A program made the translations under genes and the position numbers. This document shows, piece after piece, positions 17,012 to 27,374 of a DNA stretch of 64,000 nt (positions within the stretch are counted from its first letter, which is position 1; the number at the start of each line of letters is the position of its first letter). Under the pieces are notes generated by a model. The model was given only the letters and a program-made list of their open reading frames with translations. It was not told where the DNA came from and ran no database searches. Origin of the DNA: Methyloceanibacter sp. (GTDB taxonomy: Bacteria; Pseudomonadota; Alphaproteobacteria; Rhizobiales; Methyloligellaceae); contig JBOHJE010000185.1 in NCBI GenBank assembly GCA_050728375.1, positions 3,347-67,346 of the forward strand, in the 5' to 3' direction.

Positions 17012-18352
17012 GTGGGCCGGGGACGAAAACGGCAGACAGCCAGTCGCCTGATCGGGGCGGGGATCGCGGTGGCATTCGCCGCGGTGCTCGGCGGATGCGG
17101 CGGTCCTCTGTCCGCCGTCAAGAATCCCTTCTCCAAGGAGGAGGAGAAGCTTCCCGGAGAGCGCGTCGCGGTCATCACCGACCCGGGCCACGCCGCGATC
17201 AACGAGGCGATGGCGCCGAGGCCCATCGCGCTGCCGCCCGTTCAGGCCAATGCGTCATGGTCGCAACCGGGCGGGACCTCTTCAAATAATCTCGGTCACC
17301 TCGCCCTCAACGGCTCGGTGCGCAAAGTCTGGTCGGCCGATGCCGGCAGCGGGTCGTCGTCGAGCGGCAGGCTGAGCGCGGTGCCGCTCGTGGCCGAGGG
17401 CAAGGTCTTCACTCTTGATGCAGGTGGTACGGTGTCCGCCTTCGCGGCATCCAGCGGCGCCAAGGTCTGGACGGCCAGCGTCACGCCAGAGAACGAGAAA
17501 AGCAGCGAAGGTTTTGGCGGCGGCCTCGCGCTAGATGGCGGCCGCCTCTACGCGACGACGGGCTACGGCACCGTGGTCGCGTTCGACGCCGGCAACGGCT
17601 CCATTTTGTGGACCAAGGCACTGGGCGAGCCCATCCGCAATTCGCCGACCGTCTCAGGCGGCAACATCTATTTCGTGTCGACCGACAACACGCTGCATGC
17701 GTTGAGCGGGAGCGATGGCCGCGAGATCTGGAAGTCACGCGGGCTGCCGCAGACGGCCACGCTTCTCAGCAATGCGAGCCCGGCGGTGTCGGGCGGCATG
17801 GTCGTCGCGCCCTTCCCGGCGGGCGACATCGCGGCCTATCAGGCCGGCAGCGGCGAGGCCGCTTGGAGCGACTCGTTGAGCCGCACCACCGAGACCTCGG
17901 CCTCGGGCATCCTCGCCGATCCGGCGCGCCCCGTCATCGACCGCGGCGTGGTCTTTGCCGTGAGCCATGGAGGCAGGATGATCGCCACCTCTGCCTCGTC
18001 CGGCGCGCGAGTTTGGACGCGCAACATCGCCAGCACACAAATGCCGTGGGTCGCGGGCGAGGCGGTGTATGTCGTCGACACCTCCGGCAGGCTAATGGCG
18101 CTAGGGCGCGGCGACGGTGGCGTGCGTTGGGTCTCCGAGCTGCCTCACAGCGTACGCTGGAGCGGGCCGGTGCTTGCGGGCGGAAAGCTGTGGGTGATCT
18201 CCGGAGAGGGCCTGCTGGTAGGGGCCGATGCGCGCACCGGGCAGCTGATCGATCAGGTCGATCTCGATACGGACGTCTTCGTCACGCCCGTTGTGGCGGG
18301 CGGCCGCATGTATATCTTTGACGACGACGCCGAGCTGATCGCTCTCAACTAG
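17012..18352 (+). CDS. bamB: outer membrane protein assembly factor BamB (PQQ-like beta-propeller lipoprotein)
   Basis: Lipobox AAVLGGCGG. Repeated propeller blades (G.VYA...DG.L.ALD...G...W). Located directly upstream of der. Confidence 0.85.
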   Translation: MGRGRKRQTASRLIGAGIAVAFAAVLGGCGGPLSAVKNPFSKEEEKLPGERVAVITDPGHAAINEAMAPRPIALPPVQANASWSQPGGTSSNNLGHLALNGSVRKVWSADAGSGSSSSGRLSAVPLVAEGKVFTLDAGGTVSAFAASSGAKVWTASVTPENEKSSEGFGGGLALDGGRLYATTGYGTVVAFDAGNGSILWTKALGEPIRNSPTVSGGNIYFVSTDNTLHALSGSDGREIWKSRGLPQTATLLSNASPAVSGGMVVAPFPAGDIAAYQAGSGEAAWSDSLSRTTETSASGILADPARPVIDRGVVFAVSHGGRMIATSASSGARVWTRNIASTQMPWVAGEAVYVVDTSGRLMALGRGDGGVRWVSELPHSVRWSGPVLAGGKLWVISGEGLLVGADARTGQLIDQVDLDTDVFVTPVVAGGRMYIFDDDAELIALN

Positions 18353-18403
18353 TCGCGACCCTAGAGCGGCAGCATCCCACCCGAGTCCGCTTCGAACGCA
18401 CCG

Positions 18404-19756
18404 ATGTCCTTCACTGTCGCCATCGTCGGACGACCGAATGTCGGCAAGTCCACTCTGTTCAACCGCCTCGCGGGCAGACGCCTTGCGCTGGTGGACGGTC
18501 AGCCTGGCCTGACGCGCGACCGCCGGGAGGCGGAGATCACACTCGGCAATTGCACCGTGAGGCTGATCGACACCGCTGGGCTCGAGACGGGCGATGAAGG
18601 GCTCACGCTGCGCATGCGCCAACAGACCGAGGCCGCAATCGAGCAGTCCGATATCGTGCTGTTCCTGGTGGACGCGCGCGCCGGCATCGTGGGTGCCGAC
18701 GAGATGTTCGCCGGGCTCGTGCGGCGGTCGGGAAAGCCGGTCATCCTGGCGGCCAACAAGTCCGAGGGACGCGCCGCCGAGAGCGGGTTCTACGAGGGCT
18801 TCGCGCTCGGCTTCGGCGAGCCTTTGCCGATATCGGCCGAGCATGGGCTGGGTATCGGCGATGTTTCCACGGTCATCGAGGAGGCCTGCGGGGCTCGGCT
18901 CGACACTGACGGCAGTTCCGAGGGCGCCGCGGAGGAAACGCCCCACGCCTTGCGCATCGCCATCGTTGGCCGGCCGAATGTCGGCAAGTCGACCCTGGTC
19001 AACGCTCTGCTGGGCGAGGAGCGCATGATCACGGGGCCCGAGGCGGGCATTACCCGCGACGCCATTGCCTCAGACGTGGAGTGGGACGGCAGGCGCCTAC
19101 GTCTGTTCGACACCGCCGGCTTGCGACGCAAGATGCGCGTGGAGGGTCGCGCGGAAGAGCTCTCGATTGGCGACACGTTGAGAGCGATCCGTTTCGCCGA
19201 GGTCGTCGTGCTCCTGCTGGACGCCGAGCGGCCCTTCGAGAAGCAGGACCTTCAGATCGCTGAGTTGATTGCCGAGGAAGGCCGCGCTCTCGTCATCGCC
19301 GTCAACAAGTGGGACCTGGTCCGCGGTCGCGACAAGCGTCTCAAGGAGTTGCGCGAGACCTGCCAGAGGTTGTTGCCGCAGGTGAGGGGAGTGGCGCTTG
19401 TGCCGGTCACCGCGCTCAGCGGCAAGGGACTCGAGGAATTGATGGCCGCGGTGCTGAAGGCGGACGAGTTGTGGAACCGCCGGCTGCCGACCCATGCCTT
19501 GAACCGATGGCTGCTGGAAGCCGTCGATGCGCATCCGCCGCCTGCCGAATCGGGGCGGCGTATCAGGCTCCGCTACATCACCCAGGCCAATGCGCGGCCG
19601 CCGACCTTCATCGTGTTCTGCTCTCGGCCCAAGGCGGTGCCGGACTCGTACTCGCGCTATCTTGTGAACGGCTTGCGGGAGAGCTTCGATCTGCCGGGCG
19701 TGCCGATCAGGCTCAATCTGCGCAAAGGTGCCAACCCCTACGCCAAGGGGGAATGA
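18404..19756 (+). CDS. der: ribosome biogenesis GTPase Der (EngA)
   Basis: Two GTPase domains: [18 protein letters not shown] and [18 protein letters not shown], each with DTAG and NK.D motifs. A KH-like C-terminus follows. Confidence 0.95.
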   Translation: MSFTVAIVGRPNVGKSTLFNRLAGRRLALVDGQPGLTRDRREAEITLGNCTVRLIDTAGLETGDEGLTLRMRQQTEAAIEQSDIVLFLVDARAGIVGADEMFAGLVRRSGKPVILAANKSEGRAAESGFYEGFALGFGEPLPISAEHGLGIGDVSTVIEEACGARLDTDGSSEGAAEETPHALRIAIVGRPNVGKSTLVNALLGEERMITGPEAGITRDAIASDVEWDGRRLRLFDTAGLRRKMRVEGRAEELSIGDTLRAIRFAEVVVLLLDAERPFEKQDLQIAELIAEEGRALVIAVNKWDLVRGRDKRLKELRETCQRLLPQVRGVALVPVTALSGKGLEELMAAVLKADELWNRRLPTHALNRWLLEAVDAHPPPAESGRRIRLRYITQANARPPTFIVFCSRPKAVPDSYSRYLVNGLRESFDLPGVPIRLNLRKGANPYAKGE

Positions 19757-20217
19757 CTATGGCCGAGTCGCCGGAGATCTATTTCTATCATCTGGAGCAC
19801 CGGACGCTGGAGCAGGTGCTGCCGACTCTGCTCGAGCGGTCGCTCGAGCGCGGCTGGCGGGCTGCCGTGCAGGCGGCGAACGAAGAGCGCATCGAGGCGC
19901 TCAACACGCTGCTGTGGACCTATCGCGAGGACAGCTTTCTGCCTCACGGCACCGCGCATGACGGCTCTCCCGACGCCCAACCGATCTATCTCACGAACAC
20001 GGAGGACAATCCCAATGAAGCGGCGGTCCGCTTCCTGGTCGATGGGGCGGAACTCGGCGATGCCTCGCCCTATGTCCGTGTCGTCTACATGTTCGATGGA
20101 CGCGACGAGGACGCCGTAGCCCAGGCGCGCGACGCGTGGACGGCTGCCAAGGCCAAGGGCTATGCGGTCAGCTATTGGCAGCAGGACGACGAGGGGCGCT
20201 GGCAGGAGAAGTCCTAG
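19753..20217 (+). CDS. holC: DNA polymerase III subunit chi
   Basis: [59 protein letters not shown]. The ATG overlaps the der stop (ATGA). Confidence 0.85.
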   Translation: MTMAESPEIYFYHLEHRTLEQVLPTLLERSLERGWRAAVQAANEERIEALNTLLWTYREDSFLPHGTAHDGSPDAQPIYLTNTEDNPNEAAVRFLVDGAELGDASPYVRVVYMFDGRDEDAVAQARDAWTAAKAKGYAVSYWQQDDEGRWQEKS

Positions 20218-20240
20218 CGCTCAAACCGGCGCGTCGGCTT

Positions 20241-20570
20241 TCACAGCAGGTAAATCATCATGAAATACGCTGAAACCGTGAGCGCGAAGGAGATGGCAAC
20301 GCTCGAGTAGAACTCGACGCCGTTACGCAGGAAAAGCGGCAAGGCCACGAACAACACCAGCGACGGCAGCACGAGCCAGAAAATTCTGGTGGCCAAGCGC
20401 GCTACCTTCTCCGCGTCCCCGGTATCGATATAGAGCCAGATCATCGCCGGCACGGAGGTGAGCGGGATGGAGGCGATGATCGATCCCACAAGCGTACTCC
20501 GCTTTGCGGCCTCGGACACGGCGACCACGAGAACGCTCGTCAGCGGGACTTTTAGCGTGGCATAGAGCAT
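20241..20570 (-). CDS. DUF3147-like small membrane protein
   Basis: 109 aa with four hydrophobic helices (MLYATLKVPLTSVLVVAVSEAAKRSTLVGSIIASIPLTS...). Confidence 0.65.
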   Translation of the reverse strand: MLYATLKVPLTSVLVVAVSEAAKRSTLVGSIIASIPLTSVPAMIWLYIDTGDAEKVARLATRIFWLVLPSLVLFVALPLFLRNGVEFYSSVAISFALTVSAYFMMIYLL

Positions 20571-20692
20571 TTCTTACCTCGTCTGCCGAGGCCCGCTCGC
20601 CTCGGCTGTTCCACCCAGAACCGGTCAACTTGTGACTGTCATGGCCGGCAGCTATAAGCCCGGCTAATTCCAAGCATCAGAGGGACTCACCA

Positions 20693-21115
20693 ATGGCCAG
20701 CGAACGCACGCTCTCGATCATCAAGCCCGACGCCACAGAGCGCAATATCACCGGGCCGATCATCGCTAGGCTTGAAGGCACGGGCTTGCGGGTGATCGCG
20801 CAGAAGCGCGTGTGGTGGAAGAAAAAGGACGCGCGGAAATTCTACGAAATCCACAAAGGTCAGCCCTTCTACAAGGGGTTGATAACCTTCATGACCTCCG
20901 GCCCGATCGTGCTCCAGGTGCTCGAAGGCGAGGACGCCATTGCCAAGAATCGCTCAGTCATGGGATCGACCAATCCGGTCGACGCGGAGGCCGGCACGAT
21001 CCGCAAGGATTACGGGGTCAACATGCAGCGGAATTCCGTGCATGGCTCGGACAGCGTCGAGAATGCACGGCGCGAGATCCCGCTTTGCTTCAAAAAGGAG
21101 GAAATCGTCGGCTAG
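20693..21115 (+). CDS. ndk: nucleoside-diphosphate kinase
   Basis: [18 protein letters not shown]...[29 protein letters not shown]...GTIRKDYG...NSVHGSDS. Confidence 0.93.
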   Translation: MASERTLSIIKPDATERNITGPIIARLEGTGLRVIAQKRVWWKKKDARKFYEIHKGQPFYKGLITFMTSGPIVLQVLEGEDAIAKNRSVMGSTNPVDAEAGTIRKDYGVNMQRNSVHGSDSVENARREIPLCFKKEEIVG

Positions 21116-21254
21116 AGACACGTCCGCCGAGAACTCCAGCCTTGCACCAAACGCGTTCCATGCGTGTCGCGGCCGCGCGCTGTTCGGTCTCACCGAAGCG
21201 ACGTCGGACGTCCCGCTCAAGCTCGACCTCTCGGCAGCCTTCCATTAAGCGCAA

Positions 21255-22619
21255 TCAGCTCAGCGCGCGGATGCGGAAGGGCAGGCCGCCCTTCGGGCAG
21301 AGCGTCACGGTGGCGTGGATCTTGGCGGGCACCGGGCCGGCATATTCCGGCGTGAAGCGGCGCAACAGTTGCACCAGCGCCAGCGTATTCTCGATCTGCG
21401 AGAGTGCGCCGCCGATGCACGAGCGCTTACCCGCCGCGAACGGCAGGTAGCTGTACTTGACCCGCTTCTTGGCCCGCTCGGGCGCGAAGCGCTCGGGATC
21501 GAACTTCTCCGGGTCGTCCCAATATTTCGGATTATGATGGGCGATGTAGGTGAGGATCACCACCTTGTCGCCAGCCTTGATCTTGTGGCCGCCGATGTCG
21601 TCGTCGCCGGTGGCGATTCGGATCAACGCCCAGATCGGCGGGAACAGGCGCATGGTCTCCTGAATCACCATGCGCGTATAGACGAGCTGCTGCACCTCGT
21701 TCCATTGAGGATCGCGCTCGCCGCACACGGTACGGGCTTCCTCCCGGATGCGCTCGAGCGCCTGGGGGTGCCGCGACAGAAGGTAGAGCGACCAGGCGAG
21801 CGTGAGCGCCGTGGTTTCGGTTCCTGCCCACAGATATTGCTTCATCTCGTCGACCACCTGCTGGCGGTCGAACTCAGGAAAGCTCGGGTCGGCCTCTGCC
21901 GCCTCGAGCATCTTGAGAAGCGTCTTCTCGCGGTGGTCGATGACGTTGGCGCCGATGACCGTCTCGGGGATCGAGCCCCAGACTTCCATCGCTTTGGCCG
22001 TATCTTCGCCGGTGAACTCGATAAGCTCGCCGCGCACGTTCTTCAGGCGGATCGACTTGTGGTTCATCACGTCCGTGTAGGTCTTGACCTGGCTGAAGAT
22101 GAAGTGCGGGTTGAACGGCATCTCGCGATCAAACAGCGCCTTGCACACCATCTCGGCGGCGAGCGTCCAGGTCTCCTCGACCATCTCGATGGTCTCGCCG
22201 CTCGCGGCGAACTTCGCCCAGCGGGCCATCTTGGAGTCGATGGCCGACATCAGATAGGGGAAGTACATCTCGAAGGTCTGGGGGTGGAAGGCGGGCTGCT
22301 GCGGCGCGCGAATCTTCTGCCACAGCGCGCCGTCGACGGTGATCATGCTGCGGCCAAAAATGGGGCGAAGGCCGTCGAAATATTTGGTGTAGCTGTCGGC
22401 GTTGCTCACAAGCACACGCTCGGCATGCGCCGGCTCGCTCAGCAGCACGATGCGCTGATTCTTCAGGTTGATCGGAATTACGCCGTTATATTTCTCGCTG
22501 AGCGCCATGAGAACCTGCATCGGGTTCTCCTGGTTCAGAAGCGGGGTCAGCTTGAACCAAATGCTCTGCTCTTCGCCGAGCCCGTGCGACGGAGAATAGG
22601 CGACCGTCATATCCGCCAT
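21255..22619 (-). CDS. cytochrome P450
   Basis: 454 aa. I-helix AGTETTA, ExxR (ETMR), and the heme-thiolate loop PFAAGKRSCIGGALS. No ferredoxin or reductase gene is adjacent. Confidence 0.9.
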   Translation of the reverse strand: MADMTVAYSPSHGLGEEQSIWFKLTPLLNQENPMQVLMALSEKYNGVIPINLKNQRIVLLSEPAHAERVLVSNADSYTKYFDGLRPIFGRSMITVDGALWQKIRAPQQPAFHPQTFEMYFPYLMSAIDSKMARWAKFAASGETIEMVEETWTLAAEMVCKALFDREMPFNPHFIFSQVKTYTDVMNHKSIRLKNVRGELIEFTGEDTAKAMEVWGSIPETVIGANVIDHREKTLLKMLEAAEADPSFPEFDRQQVVDEMKQYLWAGTETTALTLAWSLYLLSRHPQALERIREEARTVCGERDPQWNEVQQLVYTRMVIQETMRLFPPIWALIRIATGDDDIGGHKIKAGDKVVILTYIAHHNPKYWDDPEKFDPERFAPERAKKRVKYSYLPFAAGKRSCIGGALSQIENTLALVQLLRRFTPEYAGPVPAKIHATVTLCPKGGLPFRIRALS

Positions 22620-22880
22620 TGTTACGCCTTCCCCCTAAGCTCCTTGGTTGTGGGCGTCATTGCTCGGACGCCTTCCGGGCAAGACCGCGGAGAAGTAGCC
22701 ATTTGCGCTGCCTGGACCGCATGCGCTCCAAGTCGACAGCAACGCGCGAGGGTCGTCACATATAAGGCCAGTGTCTAACATCCGGCCCTCGGCATTGTCC
22801 ATCACCGGTACGCCCCGCATCTTGCGGTGCGACATGCCGCCCGGTCCAGTCGCTGATCTTAGGGCCGTTAACAGTTTCGA

Positions 22881-23543
22881 TCAAAGCGTGCCGTTCAGTG
22901 GGGGTGAAAACAGGGCTGTTTGCCCCATGTGCTGTGTCATTCCCACCACATGTTCCCCTTCCACGCGAACGGCATCCGAGGCCACGAGCCTCAGGGCATG
23001 TGGATAAAGCACGTGCTCGGCCTCGAGCACGCGGGCTGCAAGGCTGTCGGGCGTGTCGCCCGGATGCACCGGTACGGCCGCTTGGGCCACAATTGGGCCC
23101 TCGTCCATCGCCTCGCGAACGAAGTGAACGGTGCAGCCCGTGACCCTGACCCCTTCGGTAAGCACCCGCTCATGGGTGTGCAAGCCCCTGAACGCAGGCA
23201 GGAGTGACGGATGGATGTTGAGATGCCGGTTCCGCCAATTGGCCACGAAGCCCTCCGTGTGCAGGCGCAAGAAGCCGGCATTGCAGAGAAGTTCGACACC
23301 CGCTTCGTTGAGGGCCGCGTCCAGCGCCGCGTCGAACGCTTCGCGCGAATCGTAGCCTTTGTGATCGATGGTGCGGGTCGGGATGCTGGCCGCTCGTGCG
23401 CGGGCGAGACCTTTGACATCCGGCACGTTGGAGATGATGAGCACGATCTCGGCGGGATAGTCGGCAGCCTTGGCCACGTCGATCAGGGCTTGCAGATTGC
23501 TCCCACGGCCCGAGATGAGGACCCCGACGCGCTTCTTTCTCAT
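22881..23543 (-). CDS. purN: phosphoribosylglycinamide formyltransferase
   Basis: [18 protein letters not shown]...[20 protein letters not shown]...GCTVHFV. Confidence 0.93.
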   Translation of the reverse strand: MRKKRVGVLISGRGSNLQALIDVAKAADYPAEIVLIISNVPDVKGLARARAASIPTRTIDHKGYDSREAFDAALDAALNEAGVELLCNAGFLRLHTEGFVANWRNRHLNIHPSLLPAFRGLHTHERVLTEGVRVTGCTVHFVREAMDEGPIVAQAAVPVHPGDTPDSLAARVLEAEHVLYPHALRLVASDAVRVEGEHVVGMTQHMGQTALFSPPLNGTL

Positions 23544-24599
23544 GGGGCGCCCAGGCGGACTGCCTCGGCGCCGTCGCGGGCGACAAGCGTTCCGATCACA
23601 ACGGCCTCGTCGCCGAGCGCGCGGAGCACCCCGTTAGCCTCCGCCGCGCCGGCGACGATCACCATGCCGATTCCGCAATTAAAGGTCCGCAGCATCTCGC
23701 GATCGCTCAAGCGCGTTGCGGCGTTGAGCCACTCGAACACGGGAAGCGACGGAAAAGTGCCCCGCTCGAATGAAGCCGCGAGGGCGTCTGGAAGAACACG
23801 CGGGACATTGTCGATGAGGCCGCCGCCGGTGATGTGGGCGAGCGCCTTGACGGCGCCGGTTGTTCGAATCGCTTCAAGGACCTGCCGCACATAGATGCGG
23901 GTTGGGGTGAGGAGGGCTTCGCCGAGAGTCTGGCTCGGCGCGAAGGGCGCGGGGTCGTCCCAGTCGAGTCCGCATTCGGAGACGACTCGCCTCACGATGG
24001 AGAAGCCGTTGGCGTGGACGCCGGAGGAGGGAAGGGCGATCAGCACATCGCCGACGGCGAGATCCCACCGCGGCAGAAGACTCGCGCGCTCGACGGCGCC
24101 GATGGCGAAGCCGGCGAGGTCATAGTCGCCGGTCGCATAGAGCCCAGGCATCTCGGCGGTCTCGCCGCCGATCAGGGCGCAGGCCGCCTCCTTGCAGCCA
24201 TCGGCGATGCCGGCGATGACCCGCGCCGCAATGCCGAGGTCGAGTTTGCCGCAAGCGAAGTAGTCGAGGAAGAAGAGAGGCTCGGCCCCCTGAACAACCA
24301 GATCGTTGACGTTCATGGCCACGAGGTCGATGCCGATGCCGTCATGGAGGCCGGTGTCGATGGCGAGCTTGAGTTTGGTGCCGACCCCGTCGGTGGCGGC
24401 GACCAGCAACGGGTCGTTAAAGCCGCAAGGCTTGAGGTCGAACAGGCCGCCGAAACCCCCGATGCCGCCCATGACGCCGCGCCGCCGGGTCTGGGCGGCA
24501 AGGGGTCCGATTTGCTCAACGAGGGCATTGCCGGCATCGATATCGACGCCCGCGTCGCGATAGGTCAGAGGGGCTTTGTGCCGGGATCTGGAGGCCACC
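23540..24599 (-). CDS. purM: phosphoribosylformylglycinamidine cyclo-ligase
   Basis: [20 protein letters not shown]...GGFGGLFDL...[15 protein letters not shown]. The start is uncertain: GTG 24599 gives the usual ~353 aa, while the ORF-track start is 24688. Confidence 0.9.
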
Positions 24600-24753
24600 G
24601 AGTCACTCGGGGTGCAAGTTCCGAAGATTTCGCATAACAATCGTGCCGGGAGAGGTCCGTCAAGGCTCAAAGGCCGCAGGGGCGCCACATTCCAGAGGTT
24701 AACCGAAGGCGCCAGTCAGTTGCGGCGCGTAGCTCGATGCACGGCAGTTTCGT

Positions 24754-25899
24754 ATGAGTTTCCGATCGCAAGCACGGTTCGCTGGCAAATCGATTCAATT
24801 TCTCGCTCTGGCCTGGATCGCCCTCCAGGCGGCCGCCACCACCTCAATGGCGGCCGAGAGCCTCTACGACGTCGGCAACATCTCGGTCGACACCACGGCC
24901 AACAACGCCGTCGCGGCAAGGGCCAGCGGCATGGCCGAGGCGCAGAGGAAGGCCTTCAAGGTCGTGCTCCAAAGGCTGGTGCCGGCGAGCGTTCTGAACC
25001 AGCTCCCCGAGTTCGGCCAACAGCAGGTCGAGGGCATGGTCAGCGGCCTCTCCATTCGCAAGGAGCAGAACTCGACGACGCGGTACATCGCCACGCTCGA
25101 CGTGAGCTTCAGCCCGCAGGCGGTCCAGCAGCTCCTCGTCAATCAGGGCATTCCCTACAGCGAGAACCGCGCGCCATCGATATCCATCCTGCCGGTCGTT
25201 CTCGCCGGGGGCAGCCTTCAGGATAGCTGGCGCCAGGCTTGGGAGACAATCGACGTCTCCCATAGCGTCACGCCCGCGAGGGTGCTGCGGCCGCGACAAG
25301 ATGTCGACGCCAACACCTTGAAGGGGGCTCTCGCCGGCGATAGCCAGGCCTTGGGCGCCATGCAGGAAGCTTACGGCTACGGTCCGCTCGTCATCGCGGT
25401 GGGCGAGGTTGCGGGGGGAAACTTCGTGACCCGGCTCGTGGGGACCGATGGCATCGGCGAGGTCAATGTCAATCGCAGCGATCCGATCGGCGGCGGCGGC
25501 GCCAGGAAGGCGGCCCAGGATGCGGCGGCGGCGGCGTTCGTTGTCCTGGAAAGCCGGTGGATGGAGCTGCAATCGGGGGGCGTGCCCCCGGTCGATGCCA
25601 ACTATCAGGAAGGACTGCCTCCCGAGGGCGGGCAGCCGCCAGCCGACGGTCAGTCGGAGGTGCCCCGCAACGTTGCGGCGATGGTTGAATTCTCGGGGCT
25701 AAAGGATTGGCAACAGATTCGATCTAGGCTAACCCGGGTGGCCGGTCTCCAGGCCCTCGAGGTCAATTCGCTGTCCGCGCGGACGGCCTCGATCACCTTC
25801 GATTTCGCGGGCTCGCTCGATCGCCTCCAGGCCGAACTCGGCCAGAATGGATTCGCCCTCGACGAGAAAGATGGTGTCTTCGTGCTGCGGTCCCGCTAG
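24754..25899 (+). CDS. DUF2066 domain-containing secreted protein
   Basis: Signal peptide, then SLYDVGNISVDTTANNAVAARASGMAEAQRKAFKVVLQRLVP. It sits in the purM / pgsA-like / hdaA neighbourhood typical for this family in alphaproteobacteria. Confidence 0.7.
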   Translation: MSFRSQARFAGKSIQFLALAWIALQAAATTSMAAESLYDVGNISVDTTANNAVAARASGMAEAQRKAFKVVLQRLVPASVLNQLPEFGQQQVEGMVSGLSIRKEQNSTTRYIATLDVSFSPQAVQQLLVNQGIPYSENRAPSISILPVVLAGGSLQDSWRQAWETIDVSHSVTPARVLRPRQDVDANTLKGALAGDSQALGAMQEAYGYGPLVIAVGEVAGGNFVTRLVGTDGIGEVNVNRSDPIGGGGARKAAQDAAAAAFVVLESRWMELQSGGVPPVDANYQEGLPPEGGQPPADGQSEVPRNVAAMVEFSGLKDWQQIRSRLTRVAGLQALEVNSLSARTASITFDFAGSLDRLQAELGQNGFALDEKDGVFVLRSR

Positions 25900-25959
25900 G
25901 ACCGCGAATGGACCACGCGCTTGGGGCCGAAATCTGCTAAATTCGGTTGCTGAGAAATT

Positions 25960-26613
25960 GTGCAGCGGCCAGGCGAAAAGGATCGCTTCAGGAACGTGTT
26001 AGTGAACATCCCCAACAGTCTGACGCTCGGGCGGATCGTGGCGGTCCCCCTCATCGTCTGGCTGATCATCGACCACCAGATGTTTGCCGCCTTCCTGCTC
26101 TTCCTGCTCGCGGGCCTTTCCGACGCGGCTGACGGCTATCTCGCCAAGCGGTTCGGCTGGCACACCGAGCTCGGCGCCTATCTCGATCCGATTGCCGACA
26201 AGGCTCTTCTGGTCAGCATCTATGTGACGCTCGGGCTCGCTGGACATCTGCCTGTCTGGCTGGTCATCGCCGTCGTCAGCCGCGACATCCTCATCGTCGG
26301 CGCGGTGGTCCTGTCGTGGATGCTGTCGCGACCGATCACCGTGCAGCCGCTCCTCATCAGCAAGGCCAATACCCTGTCGCAGATCGTCCTCGCCGGCCTG
26401 GTTCTCGCCGAACTGGGGCTTGGCCCTGGGCTGGACTGGATCATCTGGATTCTTGTCTGGATCACCGGGACGCTGACCATCCTCTCGGCCGCGGCTTATT
26501 TCTGGGGGTGGCTCAAGCACATGGCGCGTTACGAGACACCGACTCCGCTACCGCGTGCCACGGGCAAGACGGTCGGACTCGAGAGCCGGGCGTCACGGGT
26601 CAGGGCTTCGTGA
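25960..26613 (+). CDS. CDP-alcohol phosphatidyltransferase family protein (PgsA-like)
   Basis: IPNSLTLGRIVAVPLIVWL...LAGLSDAADGYLAKRFGWHTELGAYLDPIADKAL carries the DG(x2)AR...G(x3)D(x3)D motif. An alternative GTG start lies at 26002. Confidence 0.88.
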   Translation: MQRPGEKDRFRNVLVNIPNSLTLGRIVAVPLIVWLIIDHQMFAAFLLFLLAGLSDAADGYLAKRFGWHTELGAYLDPIADKALLVSIYVTLGLAGHLPVWLVIAVVSRDILIVGAVVLSWMLSRPITVQPLLISKANTLSQIVLAGLVLAELGLGPGLDWIIWILVWITGTLTILSAAAYFWGWLKHMARYETPTPLPRATGKTVGLESRASRVRAS

Positions 26614-27287
26614 GGGTTACGCAGCTCACTCTGAATCTGCCTCATCGCGCGGCTCTCGGCGCGGAGGATTTTCTCGTCAGCGATTGCAATCTCGCCGCCG
26701 TCAGGTTGATCGATGCCTGGCCTGATTGGCCCGATCAGGTGCAATTGCTGGCAGGCCCCTCAGCCAGCGGCAAAACCCATCTGGTGCGCGTGTGGCAGGC
26801 CTTGTCGGGGGCGGGAGCGCTCGACCCGGCAGGTCTCGATATCCGGCTCATCGATTCGCTGCCTGAAGGCACGCCGCTCGTTGTGGAGGACGCCGATCGC
26901 GCGGGCTACGACGAAAAGGCTCTCTTCCATCTTCTCAATCTCGCACGCGAGAAGCGCCTGTTCGTTTTGCTGACGGCGCGGACGGCACCGAGCCGCTGGG
27001 GCTGCGGGCTGCCCGACCTTCTATCGCGACTGAATGGCGTGCCGGGGGTCGAGATCGGGCCTCCCGACGAAGCGCTGCTTCGCACCGTCATGCTGAAGCA
27101 GTTCGCCGACCGGCAGCTCGACATCGATCCCATGGTGCTCGAGTTCCTTGCGCTTCGGATCGACCGCTCGCTCGAGGCGGCCGCCGCGGCAGTTGAGGCG
27201 GTCGACAGGGCGGCGCTTGCGACAGGGCGGAAGATCAGCCGGCAGCTCGTCATTGACGCAATGGCGGCCAACGCGCGCGCGGATTAG
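26610..27287 (+). CDS. hdaA: DnaA regulatory inactivator HdaA
   Basis: QLTLNLPHRAALGAEDFLVSDCNLAAVRLIDAWPDWP...LAGPSASGKTHLVRVW. The GTG overlaps the preceding stop (GTGA). Confidence 0.8.
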   Translation: MRVTQLTLNLPHRAALGAEDFLVSDCNLAAVRLIDAWPDWPDQVQLLAGPSASGKTHLVRVWQALSGAGALDPAGLDIRLIDSLPEGTPLVVEDADRAGYDEKALFHLLNLAREKRLFVLLTARTAPSRWGCGLPDLLSRLNGVPGVEIGPPDEALLRTVMLKQFADRQLDIDPMVLEFLALRIDRSLEAAAAAVEAVDRAALATGRKISRQLVIDAMAANARAD

Positions 27288-27374
27288 CTCCGGCCATTGG
27301 CTTTCGCCGTAACGCTAGTGATACATTTGCTCGGGTAAAATGTCGGAATAAGTCTAAAGAATCGTGAGGAATTT

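Noticed and set aside
20693-21115. An atypical segment in Ndk ([27 protein letters not shown]) as a sign of recombination or frameshift compensation.
   Set aside because: The reading frame is continuous and all catalytic motifs are present, including NSVHGSDS. Without an alignment I cannot show that this divergence is more than normal lineage variation.
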